A stretch of 64,000 bases of DNA from Octopus vulgaris. Its lineage: Eukaryota. The position numbers and the translations under genes were made by a program. Shown here piece by piece: positions 1-14,944 of the stretch. The notes below the pieces were generated by a model that searched no databases, had not been told where the DNA came from, and was given only the letters and a program-made list of their open reading frames with translations. The stretch covers positions 37,572,001 through 37,636,000 of the forward strand of contig OX597836.1 in NCBI GenBank assembly GCA_951406725.2, read 5' to 3'. Position 1 is the first letter of the stretch, and every line of letters begins with the position of its first letter.

Positions 1-196
1 TAGAGAGAAGAGGGAAAGACTGTGTCAAATAATTTGATTCAATATATTTAGGTTATCAATTTTAAAAGTACTCCAAATGCAAAAAATAGCATTAAGCTTC
101 CAGATCGAGAGAAATCCTACACCACGAAATACTGACGTTTAAAAGTACAGAATCACCAAAAATTATTCATTCTTCCATAAGAGAAAAACCAGCACA

Positions 197-483
197 CAGT
201 TTTAGAAGTCTATCAAATTATACACTACATTCCACGGGGTGTAGTTTCATACCCACTTATACATACATACATACATACATACATACATACATACATACAT
301 ACACGCTTTCATGCACATATACATGCATATGTGCATGCAGCCATATGCAGTTTTCTAAGTCTATCAAATTATACACTACATTCCACGGGGTGTAGTTTCA
401 TACCCACTTATACATACATACATACATACATACATACACGCACTTTTGCACATATACATTCATATGTGCATGCAGCCATATGC
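197..483. repeat. Local tandem duplication, ~150-bp unit x2, with (TACA)n
   Basis: AAGTCTATCAAATTATACACTACATTCCACGGGGTGTAGTTTCATACCCACTTATACATAC occurs at ~206 and ~357. Confidence 0.85.
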
Positions 484-573
484 GCGCGCGTGTGTGTGCG
501 TGTATGAGTGTTTGCCTGTATATGTGTGTGTGTATCTATATATACATATAAGAGAACAAAGTGTACGTACGCC

Positions 574-616
<43 letters not shown>

Positions 617-618
<2 letters not shown>

Positions 619-1020
619 TCTTTTACTCTTTTACTTGTTTCAGTCATTTGACTGCGGCCATGCTGGAGCACCGCCTTTAATCGAGCAACTCGACCCCGGG
701 ACTTATTCTTTTGTAAGCCCAGTACTTATTCTATCGGTCTCTTTTTTGCCGAACCGCTAAGTTACGGGGATATAAACACACCAGCATCAGTTGTCAAGCA
801 ATGCTTGGGGGACAAACACAGACACACACACACATACATATATATATACATATATACGACGGGCTTCTTTCAGTTGCCGTCTAACAAATCCACTCACAAG
901 GCTTTGGTCGGCCCGAGGCTATAATAGAAGACACTTGCCCAAGGTGCCAGGCAGTGGGACTGAACCCGGAACCATATGGTTGGTAAGCAAGCTACTTACC
1001 ACACAGCCACTCCCACGCCT
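617..1020 (-). mobile_element. tRNA-derived SINE family A, full length
   Basis: Minus strand reads GGCGTGGGAGTGGCTGTGTGGTAAG (A box), GGTTCAGTCCC (B box), CORE-like CACCTTGGGCAAGTG and a (AAAAGAGT)n tail; many copies in the window. Confidence 0.9.
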
Positions 1021-1235
1021 ATATATTTATATATATATATAAATACAAAATGGGACAAGAACGCAAAACATCCAGATAGACGATACAAAAAACACCAAGT
1101 TTTGATAGGTGTGTTCCATTCCTTGCCTTGATGTTATGCATGTATTCAATGCCAGCGTGATTCTCTATATTTATTCTAGAATATATTTTTTCGGACAGAT
1201 CTGTATATTTTTTTAACGACAACGTCAAGTTGAAT

Positions 1236-1320
1236 TGGGATTTAATCGACTTAATCCGTGTGTCTGTCCTTGTTTGTCCCCTCTGTGTTTAGCCCCTTGT
1301 GGGTAGTAAAGAAATAGGTA
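1236..1320 (+). mobile_element. SINE family B, 3' fragment
   Basis: AATCGACTTAATCC...TTTAGCCCCTTGTGGGTAGTAAAGAAATAGGTA matches the tail of the family B copies. Confidence 0.8.
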
Positions 1321-1666
1321 TCATTGTGCAGCGAACTCCTCATTGAAATGAGGCCCCAATTGTTAGAACAACCCGTTATCAGTTTTTGCTCAATATTCTT
1401 CTAGCCATTGCTCATCGTCTCCTGTTAACCAAATCCAGTGGCTTGTCTTTTCCACTGTTGTCTGGATATCACTCATGGTAGCATTTGCTTTACGATGAGT
1501 TGGGCCTAACTCATCAGAGAAAAGATGGAAAATCCGAGATGGAAAATCCGATGGAAAATCCGAGCAAAGGAATCTGGGCTTTGGTGAGAGTTGAATGTTG
1601 GAATTTCCACCATGAAGCTGACCCCGAATGAGAACTTTCGCTACCACTCGTAGAGGATTAGCAAGG

Positions 1667-2368
1667 GACAAATTCTGAGAGACAAGGCCAAGCAGAACCG
1701 CTTGACGAAATCAAAGAAGCTATTGAACAAATTGAGATATCCTGTTGAGCTGGGGATCATCTGGGTTTACTCAGATGAAAAGAACTTGTGCCAGGACCAG
1801 TTGCACAATTTCCAGAACAACAGGTAGCTTGCCTACCGACCTTATTGCCTATGTATCATGGAAACTAAGTTCCCCCAAACTGTGATGGTCTTTGGGTGTT
1901 TCCAGTGAGGGTGGTGTCAAGCCACACTACATCTTTGTACAGGGCCTTAGGCTCAATCCAGACGGCTATGTGAAGCTGCTGAAGACTGTGCCCAAATCCT
2001 GGCTGGAGACGGTTACTGCTGAAAGACCACATATGTAAGAGCAGGATTCAGTTCCTTGCCATACGCCCAGAAAGAGTCAGAAGTTGTCAGAGGCGCAGTT
2101 GAGAAAAGCTCCAACCTTTGTGCCTGCAACGCAAAGACCATGCTGGCAGCCATGATCAAGGAAATATGCAAAGATCTTCCCAGTGACACAGGGAGGAACG
2201 CATGTGCCGGGTTCCATAGCCGCAATGGAAGCTGGAAGTGGATACTTTCAGTAAATTGTGGTCACCAAACCATGAAAATTAAGCTGATACTTTTGATTTT
2301 AAAATACTTTCATTTTGGGTGGGATATTGTATTTTTTCCCCTTTCAAATTTAACCCGAACACCCTGTA
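1667..2368 (+). pseudogene. Decayed Tc1/mariner-superfamily (maT/DD37D-like) transposase with right TIR
   Basis: Translates with stops/frameshifts to IWVYSDEKNLCQDQLHNFQNNR, KFPQTVMVFG and QDSVPCHT; ends TTTAACCCGAACACCCTG+TA at 2366-2368. Confidence 0.8.
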
Positions 2369-2589
2369 TGCAAAAATCGAAGGCTGTGACTGGCGTTGTA
2401 GGACTGGGTATCCATTGATTATGCGAGATAGCATGGATGACAGCTGAGTAAGAGAACCTTGTGGAGCATCTTATGGAAATAGCGTATATTCACAGCCAAT
2501 CGCTTGCTTTGAACGAAATTTATCGCATGTGAGACATGACGATGGCAGTGTTCGCTGTTTCCCGTAGAAACGGGGTGTAGTGGCTTAAC

Positions 2590-2733
2590 GGGAAGGTTTA
2601 CGAAAATAAACAAAAGACGAAGGCAGGTGGAGTACAAACAAGCAATTGTATTAGTATGGCGCTCAGGAATAAAAATAAAACACGTCTTTTACGTTTCGAG
2701 CCTACGCTCTTCGACAGAAAGATACACAGAAAA
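2590..2733 (-). mobile_element. PLE-type short repeat carrying a variant hammerhead
   Basis: Reverse complement closely matches 58413-58551. Confidence 0.8.
2684..2723 (-). ncRNA. Minimal type I hammerhead-like motif, A6U core variant
   Basis: Minus: UCUUU-CUGUCGA-A-GAGC(GUAG)GCUC-GAAAC-GUA^AAAGA; stem I UCUUU/AAAGA, palindromic ACGU stem III. Confidence 0.65.
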
Positions 2734-2844
2734 GAGTGGCTTACTTCTTCGATCCAAAGTTATCTAGCTGTAATGAGCTTAAGGACAGCAGAACAGTGGC
2801 TCACATGAGCAGAGGGGAGTAAATAATGTTTTATCAAACATATA

Positions 2845-3220
2845 GGCGCAGGAGTGGCTGTGGGGTAAGTATCTTGCTAACCAACCACATGGTTCCGGGT
2901 TCAGTCCGACTGCGTGGCATCTTGGGCAAGTGTCTTCTGCTATAGCCCCGGGCCGACCAATGCTTTGTGAGTGGATTTAGTAGACGGAAACTGAAAGAAG
3001 CCGGTCGTATATATGTGTGTATGTGTGTGTGTGCCTAGCATTGCTTGACAACCGATGCTGGTGTGTTTACGTCCCCGTCACTTAGCGGTTCGACAAAAGA
3101 GACCGATAGAATAAGTACTGGGCTTACAAAGAATAAGTCCCGGGATCGATTTGCTCGACTAAAGGCGGTGCTCCAGCAGGCCGCAGTCAAATGACTGAAA
3201 CAAGTAAAAGAGTAAAGAGT
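2845..3220 (+). mobile_element. SINE family A
   Basis: GGCGCAGGAGTGGCTGTGGGGTAAG...GACTGAAACAAGTAAAAGAGTAAAGAGT. Confidence 0.9.
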
Positions 3221-3739
3221 AATATGACAAATACCAAAGACCACAGCTGAGAGCAAAGAACCACTGGAGTTGTTCGCAGTTTGTAACAGTGACTGTATTG
3301 ACAGCAAGAGGAGATTAATTTTATAGACTGCGTGCAAAAGAAAGAAACAAAAGCAAATTAAGATAAACGGACATTCCCATGTAGCGTTCTAGGCACCGTT
3401 GGAGTAAGCAATACAGTTGGAAAGTGTTGAAATGGTAATGATCTCCAGGCGACAGCTGATGAGCCTTTATGTAAACTATAAATACATACATCGACAACAC
3501 ATACATATACACACACACACACACACATACATATACGGGTATACTATTACAAATATCTATATCAACAATATACAGATATATTGTTATAAACACATACATC
3601 AACACTCTCTTCTCTACATCTAACTCTCAACGCTTTTTTCTTCGCCACAGTCGTTCGGTGTAGATTGTTATTGTTCTCTACGTGTCTTCTTCCATCTCTA
3701 ACAATTAAGCGACATCTCTTTACCCTTGCACACGCACGG

Positions 3740-3784
<45 letters not shown>

Positions 3785-4119
3785 CTATCTCCCTCACACA
3801 CACACAATCCCTCTCTTTCATTTTCCCTCTCTAATCACTACTTCTATTTTATACCAACCACTTCATTCTCTCTTCATGACAGACAGAATGGTAGTCAATT
3901 GTTGTTCTTCATAACACCCCTGTATCCCTACTCTCCCTCCCCCATTTTTTCTCTCCTCCACCTTCGCCCTCATCTGTTCTCTTTTCACATCTCTTAACCC
4001 TCTCTTTCCTTCTTTCATTATTCCCACACACCTCTCTTACAGTTTTTCTTTACTACACACCTCTTTCCTTTTCATTTCCCACCTCTCTCTCCCAACTTCT
4101 CCCCACTCTCTCTCTCTTT

Positions 4120-4680
<561 letters not shown>

Positions 4681-4987
4681 TCCTCCGTGACAAATGCCTG
4701 AGTTTGCATAACTTTTAAGACAGAACGCCATCTTTCAATTCATTCTTTTACGAAATTCTATTTTTTTTCTCTTCATTTTTAAGAAGACAATCGTCATTTC
4801 ATTTTTTTCGTATGTTCTTGTGTGTATATGAGTAAATATCACTATGTGTGTGTGCACGCGCGTGTGTGTCTGCGCATGTGTGCATATGTGTACATATGAT
4901 TATATATGCAACTGTGTCAGTGTGTGGGTGTATGACTGTGTGAGTGTGTGCGTGTATATGCCTAAGCATGTGCGCAAGCGTCAGCGC

Positions 4988-7160
<2,173 letters not shown>

Positions 7161-7650
7161 GAACATGAAAACAAAACATGTATATACAAGTACAAACATA
7201 CATACATTCATACATACATACTTACATGTCGAAGTACATCGCCGCTTAAAACGGGGCTGCACTTAGAACAAGCTGAAAGATGTGCTGATTCAGCAGAAAC
7301 CACGTGGCAAGTGTGCTGGAGAGCGCGGGAAGGCTATCACACATGCGGTGACAAAATATAACAATTTCGCTCTATATTTACTTCTCTCTCTCTCTCCCCC
7401 TCCCCCTCTCTTCCTCTCCCTTCCCTCTCCTCTCTCTACTCTCGCTATCTCTAGCTCTTTAGATCAGTCTCCCTCTTTCTCTCCCTCTGTCTTTCTTTCT
7501 CTCTCTCTCTATCTCTCTCTTTATCTTTCTGTGTATAATTACATGAAGTTCGAGATAGCGTCACATAGGTGGCGAACACCCTAACGTTGACTACTGAGAA
7601 CTGCGGCGAGGAAGAAAACTTGTTCTTATAAACAAACACACACATACACA

Positions 7651-7700
<50 letters not shown>

Positions 7701-7762
7701 TGACACGTCCATATATCTATATACGGGTAAAAGAGTAAAAGCATATATATATGTATGTATAT

Positions 7763-7972
7763 ACTCTTTTACTATTTTACTTGTTTCAGTCATTTGACTG
7801 TGGCCATGCTGGAGCACTGCCTTTTGTCGAACTAATCGACCGTAGGACTTATTCTCTGTAAGTCTGGTACTTATTCTATCGGTCTGTTTTGCCCAACCGC
7901 TAAGTTACGAGAATGGAAGCACACCAACATTGGTTGTCAAGTGATGGTGGGAGGACAAACATAGACACACAA

Positions 7973-7975
<3 letters not shown>
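7763..7975 (-). mobile_element. SINE family A, 3' half
   Basis: TTTTACTTGTTTCAGTCATTTGACTGTGGCCATGCTGGAGCAC... Confidence 0.85.
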
Positions 7976-8008
<33 letters not shown>

Positions 8009-8285
8009 ACAAAGGGTAAAATTAATTAATTAAGAAGTAATCAGTAATTTCACCAAGTAGAATTCGGCATGAAAATGACCATTTCATGGTAAGCTTAAGT
8101 AATACTCTATAATTAGGGTTCAGCAAAGATTTGCTTCACCACATACTGAAGTTTAGAAATAGCAGTCAAAAAACCTTAGCTATTTCTTCTACTTTAAAAA
8201 GGGACTCCCAGAAAAACCAAAGTACTTGAAAACAATCTACGCAGGCAGAGAGGAAAAATAACGAAAATCAATCCATATCTGGTTA

Positions 8286-8371
8286 CCCATGTACGCGCGT
8301 TTCTGAATTAGATCGGTATAAAGAATATAGAATTATACTTTACCCAACCATTTTCGACTCATCAGCATGGG
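8286..8371 (-). ncRNA. Type I hammerhead ribozyme with long stem II
   Basis: Minus: CCCAUG-CUGAUGA-[~55-nt hairpin]-GAAA-CGCGCG-UA^CAUGGG; 6-bp stem I, palindromic ACGCGCGU stem III; 10.1/11.1 position is G/A rather than G-C. Confidence 0.75.
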
Positions 8372-8699
8372 ATTCCAACAATATTAAATATTAAATATTA
8401 AATTCGAAGGCACTGGAAGAATTGAATATATCTCTCCACCTAACGGTATCGGTCAGATCATATTCAGTGCTGGTGCCACCAAATTCAAAATACGAATGAG
8501 AGTTCATCACCTTCCTCTGTCCATTAGCGCGTGTCGCCAAGTAAGATGCCACAGAAAGAAACCTGACACAAGTATCAAAACACTTCCATTTAGTAATAAC
8601 ACAATTTCTCGGCGGATATATGAAATAGCCACCGACGTTAAGCATCAATTCATCCACAATGACTGGAGTCCTTGATTTTCCAGACAAGTTTGTGAAATG

Positions 8700-10145
8700 T
8701 TGTAGGAAGTCAATGCTTGGCGATGGTGTTTGTTTTCTTTCTTCTTTCGTTTCTTCTTTTTATTGAAAATGCTCAACCTTGTCCGGAGATGCTGTTCATT
8801 GACCAATTGTTGCTTTACACTAAAGCTACGTCACTTTTAGATTCCTTGAAGCTATTTTTCGTTGTGCATAACACCGGATTGACTAATACGCTTGCCTGTG
8901 CATCTGATGGAATGCCTGCTATGGTAGTTACATACAGAGGTTTCTCATCTCTCTTAAAACTTGGTCTCTTAAAACTTGGTCTCAAGCATTTGTCTTATGA
9001 AGAAAGGCTGAAGACGCTCGACCTATATTCTCTAGAAAAACGATGACGCCGTGGTGATCTCATTCTCGCTCACAACATCATAAGCGGAAAGTGTAACCTC
9101 TCGAAAGAGCTGTTCTTCACTCCTGCTCCAGAGCGTCGGCTGCGGGGTCACTCCGAAAAGCTCTATCTGCGACGATTTCATCTCAATCGAAGGAGAGGGG
9201 CTTTCTCCGTCCGGGTTGCGGATCCGTGGAATAAGCTGCCGGACGAGATAGTGAAGATGCCGACGACCGCTCGGTTCAAAGTCTCTCTTGACCAGAAATG
9301 GCCTGAACTCTTTGCATGAACACCCTCCCTGTACATAACTCCATGTCTCCCTACATGGCCTTGGTTTTTGCTTTTTGAGCCAAAAAATTAACTTAACTTA
9401 AACTTTCGTATCCTGATTTAACAGTTCACCATTTGGTCACCGATAGCATTTTAGAGTCTAAAAATATCAATGGTTGTTAATAAAACCGTACACAAACTAA
9501 AATCGAATTCTTTGTCTGAACAAATTTGCAGTCTGCTCTGCCTTGGTTATGATGATGACTTTGTGGGGCTTTTGTACAATACTGAAGTGCGATGGTTGCC
9601 AAAATGCAACTCTATTGTTTGTTTTGATACAATACAAACTGTTAGATAAAAATAAAAACTATTTTTAAAAACTCTCCACTAACCACTTCCCTGATAACTT
9701 CGAAATATGATACTTTTCCCTTACTGACATATTCGCCCAAATTAAATGCTCTCAAGTGTTTTAGCAAGGAAAGCAAAAAAAAAAAAAAAACACTTGTCGA
9801 CTGTACATTGTTCATCACTGCTTTCATTTCTAAATTAGCGATATATATGATGAATATTTCAAGATGTCAACTCCCCTAATTTCAACGATTGAATAGCTTG
9901 GAAGATGAATTGGTTAATTAGGTTGTAATTACATATCCCGAGTATTTGCAGTTGCAGCAGGAATATTTAATAAACGAACCCGGATCGCCTATATCCGATG
10001 TCCCAAAATCAACTCAAGAATAAGATCGTGATTCCCTAAAACATGACTAACATCATGAAAAATTCTGACCATTCAAGACTTCGTGTAGAACCGGATCTAA
10101 CGACAACTTCATCGTTTGCGGAATTTTTCTGAGCAATACTACCAC
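8700..10145 (+). pseudogene. Decayed hAT (Charlie/Buster, ZBED5-like) transposase, interrupted by a CR1 fragment
   Basis: EMLFIDQL...LACASDGMPAMVVTYRGF (cf. TDGAPAMxG) before the LINE and LLYNTEVRWLPKCNS (cf. HTEVRWLSKG) after it. Confidence 0.7.
8976..9403 (+). mobile_element. CR1-clade LINE, 3' fragment (ORF2 C-terminus, 3' UTR, (TTAAC)n tail)
   Basis: GLKHLSYEERLKTLDLYSLEKR*RRGDLI...RGHSEKL...FSVRVADPWNKLPDEIV; one premature stop at 9044-9046, true stop at 9317-9319. Confidence 0.9.
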
Positions 10146-10147
10146 TA

Positions 10148-11364
10148 TACTGAGTGGGCTGAATAGTTTATAGGCTGACTACGAAGGAGTGATGCTCTAA
10201 GGCTGTGAAACCTTACATGTATTTATTTCAACACTTCTTATAAATATATGTTTTGTTTCTTTTCAGGTAAACTGATATTTGGCTGTTCAAAGAAGACTTC
10301 AAAAGCAACAAGTTGCGACTTCTCTTGAAAATGGGCAAAATTTGACATCGTATTATTCTCAAGTATTTGCAGAAAAAGGATTTAATTATGTGATGGCACT
10401 TTAGCCTTTATCAACTGTGCAAAAGTGGGCAGCTAAATTTAAGAGGGAGAGGAAGAATCTTGAACATGACCCAAGGTCTGGACGCACTAAAACTGCTACC
10501 ACCAAGGAAAACATGGTAATGGATGAAAGCCGATTAACTATAAATCAAATAGCCAATGCTATTAGTATATCCCGTTGGAGAATAGAGAATATTTTGCGCA
10601 ATGTACTTGGCTTGACGAAGGTTCGTACTCAGTGGATGCCAAGTCTTCTGATATCTGATCAAAACTGCAGCAAGCTGATCATATCACAGGATAATCTGAC
10701 ATTATTTGAGGCAGGTCCAACTGGTTTTCTTGAATGTTTCCTAAGCCAGGATGAATGTTGGGTGCATCACTTTCACCCAGAAACAGTTAGACAATCCATG
10801 TAGTGGAAACAGTTCTCTTAATAAGCTCCAAAGAAGGTCAAGGTTGTTTTCGCTGCAGGCACAATGAAGGCCTTAGGTTCCGGGGGTTGAAGAGGCAACA
10901 TGTTTATTTAACTACATTCAAAAAGGCCACATCATCAACGAAGTAAACTATGCCAAAGACTATCAAGACCAAACGAATAAGAAAACTGACGAAAGGTTTC
11001 ATCAGGACAATGCTTCAGCACACAACTCCTTGGTTTCAATGGCTGCTATGCGTGACTGTGGCCTTGAACTGGTTGATCAGCCTCCCTATTCTGATTTGGA
11101 TCCATCTATCTAACATCTGTTCCCTAAAATGAAAATCGCTTGACTGGAACAAGTATCGCAGTGATGATGACGCCATATCTGCTGTTGATGACCTTTTTGA
11201 CCAACAAGATGCAAGTCTCTTCACCGATTGGATCCAAGCATTGCAACAATAATGGAAGAAGTGTGTGGAGTGCAAGGAAGACTATGTTGAAAAATAAACC
11301 TTATTTAGTCGCATTCCATGTGAATATCTTAGTCAGCCTATGAACATTTCATCCGACACTCGTA
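10148..11364 (+). mobile_element. Near full-length mariner (DD34D) element, transposase pseudogenised
   Basis: Degenerate TIRs (TGGGCTGAATAGTTTATAGGCTGACTA / TAGTCAGCCTATGAACATTTCATCCGA); motifs DPRSGR, WMPSLL, QDECWVHHFHPE, QDNA, PYS-DL, DYVEK*. Confidence 0.9.
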
Positions 11365-12249
11365 TATTCAGCGCATTTTAGCAACTACATACAGATGGAG
11401 GACACAAATGCTTGTAGGCATTTGTAATATGACAGAAAATCAAGTGAACGAATAAAAGATCCATCGCTGGCCACCTCCAGGTAATTGTTGACTACAGGGC
11501 TGATAAATAACGCAACTTCCTTCTTGTTCACTAATCATCCTTGGTTGAGCAGACTTATGGCCAAAAGCCTGTCTTCTGAATGCCAAGAAAAAACAGAGGG
11601 GCTAATGATTACGCTAATATACATTGGTTTTCTTATTGACTATTTACTGATTACTTTATTAAATATTAAATGTGGTAATAACTTTCCATTAATTGATAAC
11701 GTGACAAAAATAAAGAAATGTTATTAATGCATCGAAATTATTTCTGTGTTGAAATATGATTTTAAATATATTTTATTTTGCATTGTAAATTAGTTATTAA
11801 ATATGACATCCAGCATTGTTGTTAAATGGCTCTCGGGCATTGCGAAAATAATATCAGTTTTATTAAAATTAATCAATCAAAAAAATATTATTTTGTTCTG
11901 AAGAATTTGGAAATTTCAAAATTTTTTTTTTTTATATCACATTATTGTCTTGGTTCGTGTCATCATTTATAATTATGATCGGTATTCTACAGCTTTAATA
12001 TCAGTCATGGGAGATTAGATGATGAGTAATCTCTGAAGATCATGTATCATTATAGACGGGGTTAATGGGAAAACAAAGACGGACAAAATGTTTGCGTTGT
12101 ATGACTACGTCCTTTTACGCTTCAAGTTCGACTCATGCATAGGTCGAACTTTTACCGTTCGTCGTCATTTTTATAGATTAGTCAATGGAGGAAGACCAGT
12201 ACCCACTAACATTTTCTTGGGCCTCCAAATCTAATGAAAAGAAGAGAGG

Positions 12250-13062
12250 AAGTGATCTTCGCGCAGAGACATAGCTCGAATGATAACAACAAAGTGAACT
12301 ACGGTGAGTGCGTGTTACTTGATCGCCAAGAACTAAATGCTACTTTTCAGCTCGACCGTTCAAGGTGAGTGGCGGGCCGGACCACAGGATGGGCTTCAAC
12401 ACTTACTTCGACAGCCTGCTGCGACTCTCCGCAACGGTGGTGTAGTGTTGTGGAAAGCCGATAGTCGCCGCTGAAATACGATAAACGATGGCTAACTGTA
12501 CAGGTGAAAATTTACCAGGTTTGGATAGTCTGCGCTAGAAACTTATTTTCATTTGCCAGAGTTATTTGGCGATTGCTTAGCATATATCTACTGCAGCTAG
12601 TAGCAGACGAAAGAATTCCCAGTCCTGTGAATCAAAATATGATACGAGGAACCTGGTGTGTTGTCAAGAATTCACAGCCTGTAACCATTTGGGAAATGCG
12701 GTAAGTAGAAGTTACTTGTTGGATCAGTGACATGCAAAAACGCTGACGCTCTCGAAAAAACTGTGAGCATCGACGAAAGTGAACTGGTTGTTCTGTGCTA
12801 GAATCTTACGGATTGGGCCCATCGTTAGTTTCTAGAAAGCTCTGTCTCGCAGTACTACAGGGAGTGGAGAGAATTGCTGGTTTGAGATAAACACTACAGA
12901 CACAAGAGTTCATTCAGCCGGGCCTGTCCGAGAAATGTGCAGTGCGACAAAACCGTTTTGCATGCGATCATCCATTGCCCTAACATTGCTGACTTAAGGA
13001 AGGAATTAGGTTGAACACTTGCTTTGATTTTTGTAGGATTTCTACGAATAACTCTCGGAATT
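12250..13062 (+). pseudogene. Internally deleted Tx1/L1-clade ORF2 relic
   Basis: NLPGLDSL...LPELFGDCLAYIY (cf. KSPGLDGL), joined to a C-terminal zinc-knuckle region (RACP...KTVLHAIIHCP). Confidence 0.65.
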
Positions 13063-13640
13063 CTCCCCCATTATTTCAGAAATTTTCTTTCTTAAAAATT
13101 TATTGCAACCATCTTTGTATTTCTTTATATTTTGTCTCTATGAGACAGATCATTAAAAAAATTCATTTCTGCACGCTTCTCTTTGAATGTCATCACCCCT
13201 TGTGTGAACCCTGCTGGCTCATAAAGAAATATTTCTTATTTATGTTTTTGTTGGTGTCGTTGTCGTTATTGTTGAGAGCATTGTATGTGCAAAATACTTT
13301 GAGCGTCGTTGAAAATAAGTTTACAGTACTTATTCTGCTTACTTGCGTTCTGTGTTCAAATCCCATCAAATCATCTTTACTCTAGGTAATGTCCTACATA
13401 CCAGGGTAGGTTAAGAAGGTTGGTTTGCTTGTTTTACACCGTAAAATCCTTACCAATAATATCTTCCCATTATACAGGAAACGTCCCCAGAAGAAATTTC
13501 CCGGAAAAGCACATACCAACACCTAATGAGTAAAATTATCAGTTTAAAACAAATGTTAATGAAAACACAAATTGTAGGAAATGAAAAAAATGTCATTTCA
13601 CAGGTCATTTGTCAACAACAACAGCAGCACACATATTAAA

Positions 13641-13959
13641 GACTCCGCCGGTTACGACGACGAGGGTCCCAGCTGATACGATCAACGGAACAGCCTGCTC
13701 GTGAAATTAACGTGCAAATGGCTGAGCATTCCACAGACACGTGTACCCTTAACGTAGTTCTCGGGTAAATCAGCGTGACACAGAGAGTGACAAGGCTGAC
13801 CCTTTGAAATACAAGTACAACTCATTTTTGCCAGCTGAGTGGACTGGAGCAACGTGAAATAAAGTGTCTTGCTCAAGGACACAACGCGTCGCCGGGAATC
13901 GAACTCACAACCTTACGATCATGAGCCGAATGCCCTAACCACTAAGCCACGCGCCCTCA
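13641..13959 (-). mobile_element. tRNA-derived CORE-like SINE family C with 11-bp TSD
   Basis: Minus: GGCGCGTGGCTTAGTGGTTAG...GAGTTCGATTCCC...TGTGTCCTTGAGCAAGACACTTT; AGCACACATAT flanks both ends. Confidence 0.9.
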
Positions 13960-14428
13960 AGCACACATATACGTACATCATCAAACAAAAGTATGGCAAA
14001 TACTAAGCACATCTCATCATTCGTAAGTGTACTTTCAAACAAGAAAATCCTTGATATGAAACATTTTACAAAAAGGACTAAAGCACGGCAGCATTTTATA
14101 GACAAGACGGGCTCCAGCCGCTCAGAATCATTCACATCGGCACGCGTGAGTAGACGATTAATATGCTTGCACCATAGGAATGCTACCGGAAATTTCCTTG
14201 TCCTATCCGAGGAAGAATTAAAAATAGCTTTCGTGCATATGTCGAGGGAAAACTCCTTATGTGTTTCGAAATGGCTGTCGTGGGTCTCCTGTGGGGCGGT
14301 GATTTCATTATCAGCAGGCAATTCCAGATCAAATCTACAGCTCCAGGCCATTTCGTAGTTTTATTGATAGTATTTTCATTCGTAGTCTTTAAGAATTTTA
14401 ATACATGTCTTCGGGTAAACTCCCTCTC

Positions 14429-14531
<103 letters not shown>

Positions 14532-14547
14532 ATATCTATATATCCAG

Positions 14548-14606
<59 letters not shown>

Positions 14607-14739
14607 TAAATTCCAGGGTAGCAAAAAAACTTTAGAAAATTTCTTTGCCACCGGTGGTCTAGCGAGAAGAAATCACTAATCAATAGATAGATATATATTA
14701 TTCATATAAAAATACAGTGTACATTTAAACACATAAAAG

Positions 14740-14923
14740 GACATCTGACCCGCTAGAAGGCGTAGTTAAGCTCCAAACCCCTATTAGGGGTAATTTCGAA
14801 AGGAAATGAAGAATAAAAATATTTACCCTCTATTTCATGTATCATGGTTCAGGAAACAGAGGGTAAATATTACCCCTAATAGTGGTTTGGAGTTCAACTA
14901 CTCCTTCTAGCGGGTCAGATGTC
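14740..14923. repeat. Nested fold-back hairpin (~55-bp outer arms plus ~22-bp inner arms)
   Basis: GACATCTGACCCGCTAGAAGG... / ...CCTTCTAGCGGGTCAGATGTC; inner AATATTTACCCTCT / AGAGGGTAAATATT. Confidence 0.9.
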
Positions 14924-14944
14924 GTGTTATGGCCATCTCTTATA

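Noticed and set aside
2759-2776. miR-9-like string GTTATCTAGCTGTA
   Set aside because: The seed (CTTTGG) is absent and there is no precursor hairpin.
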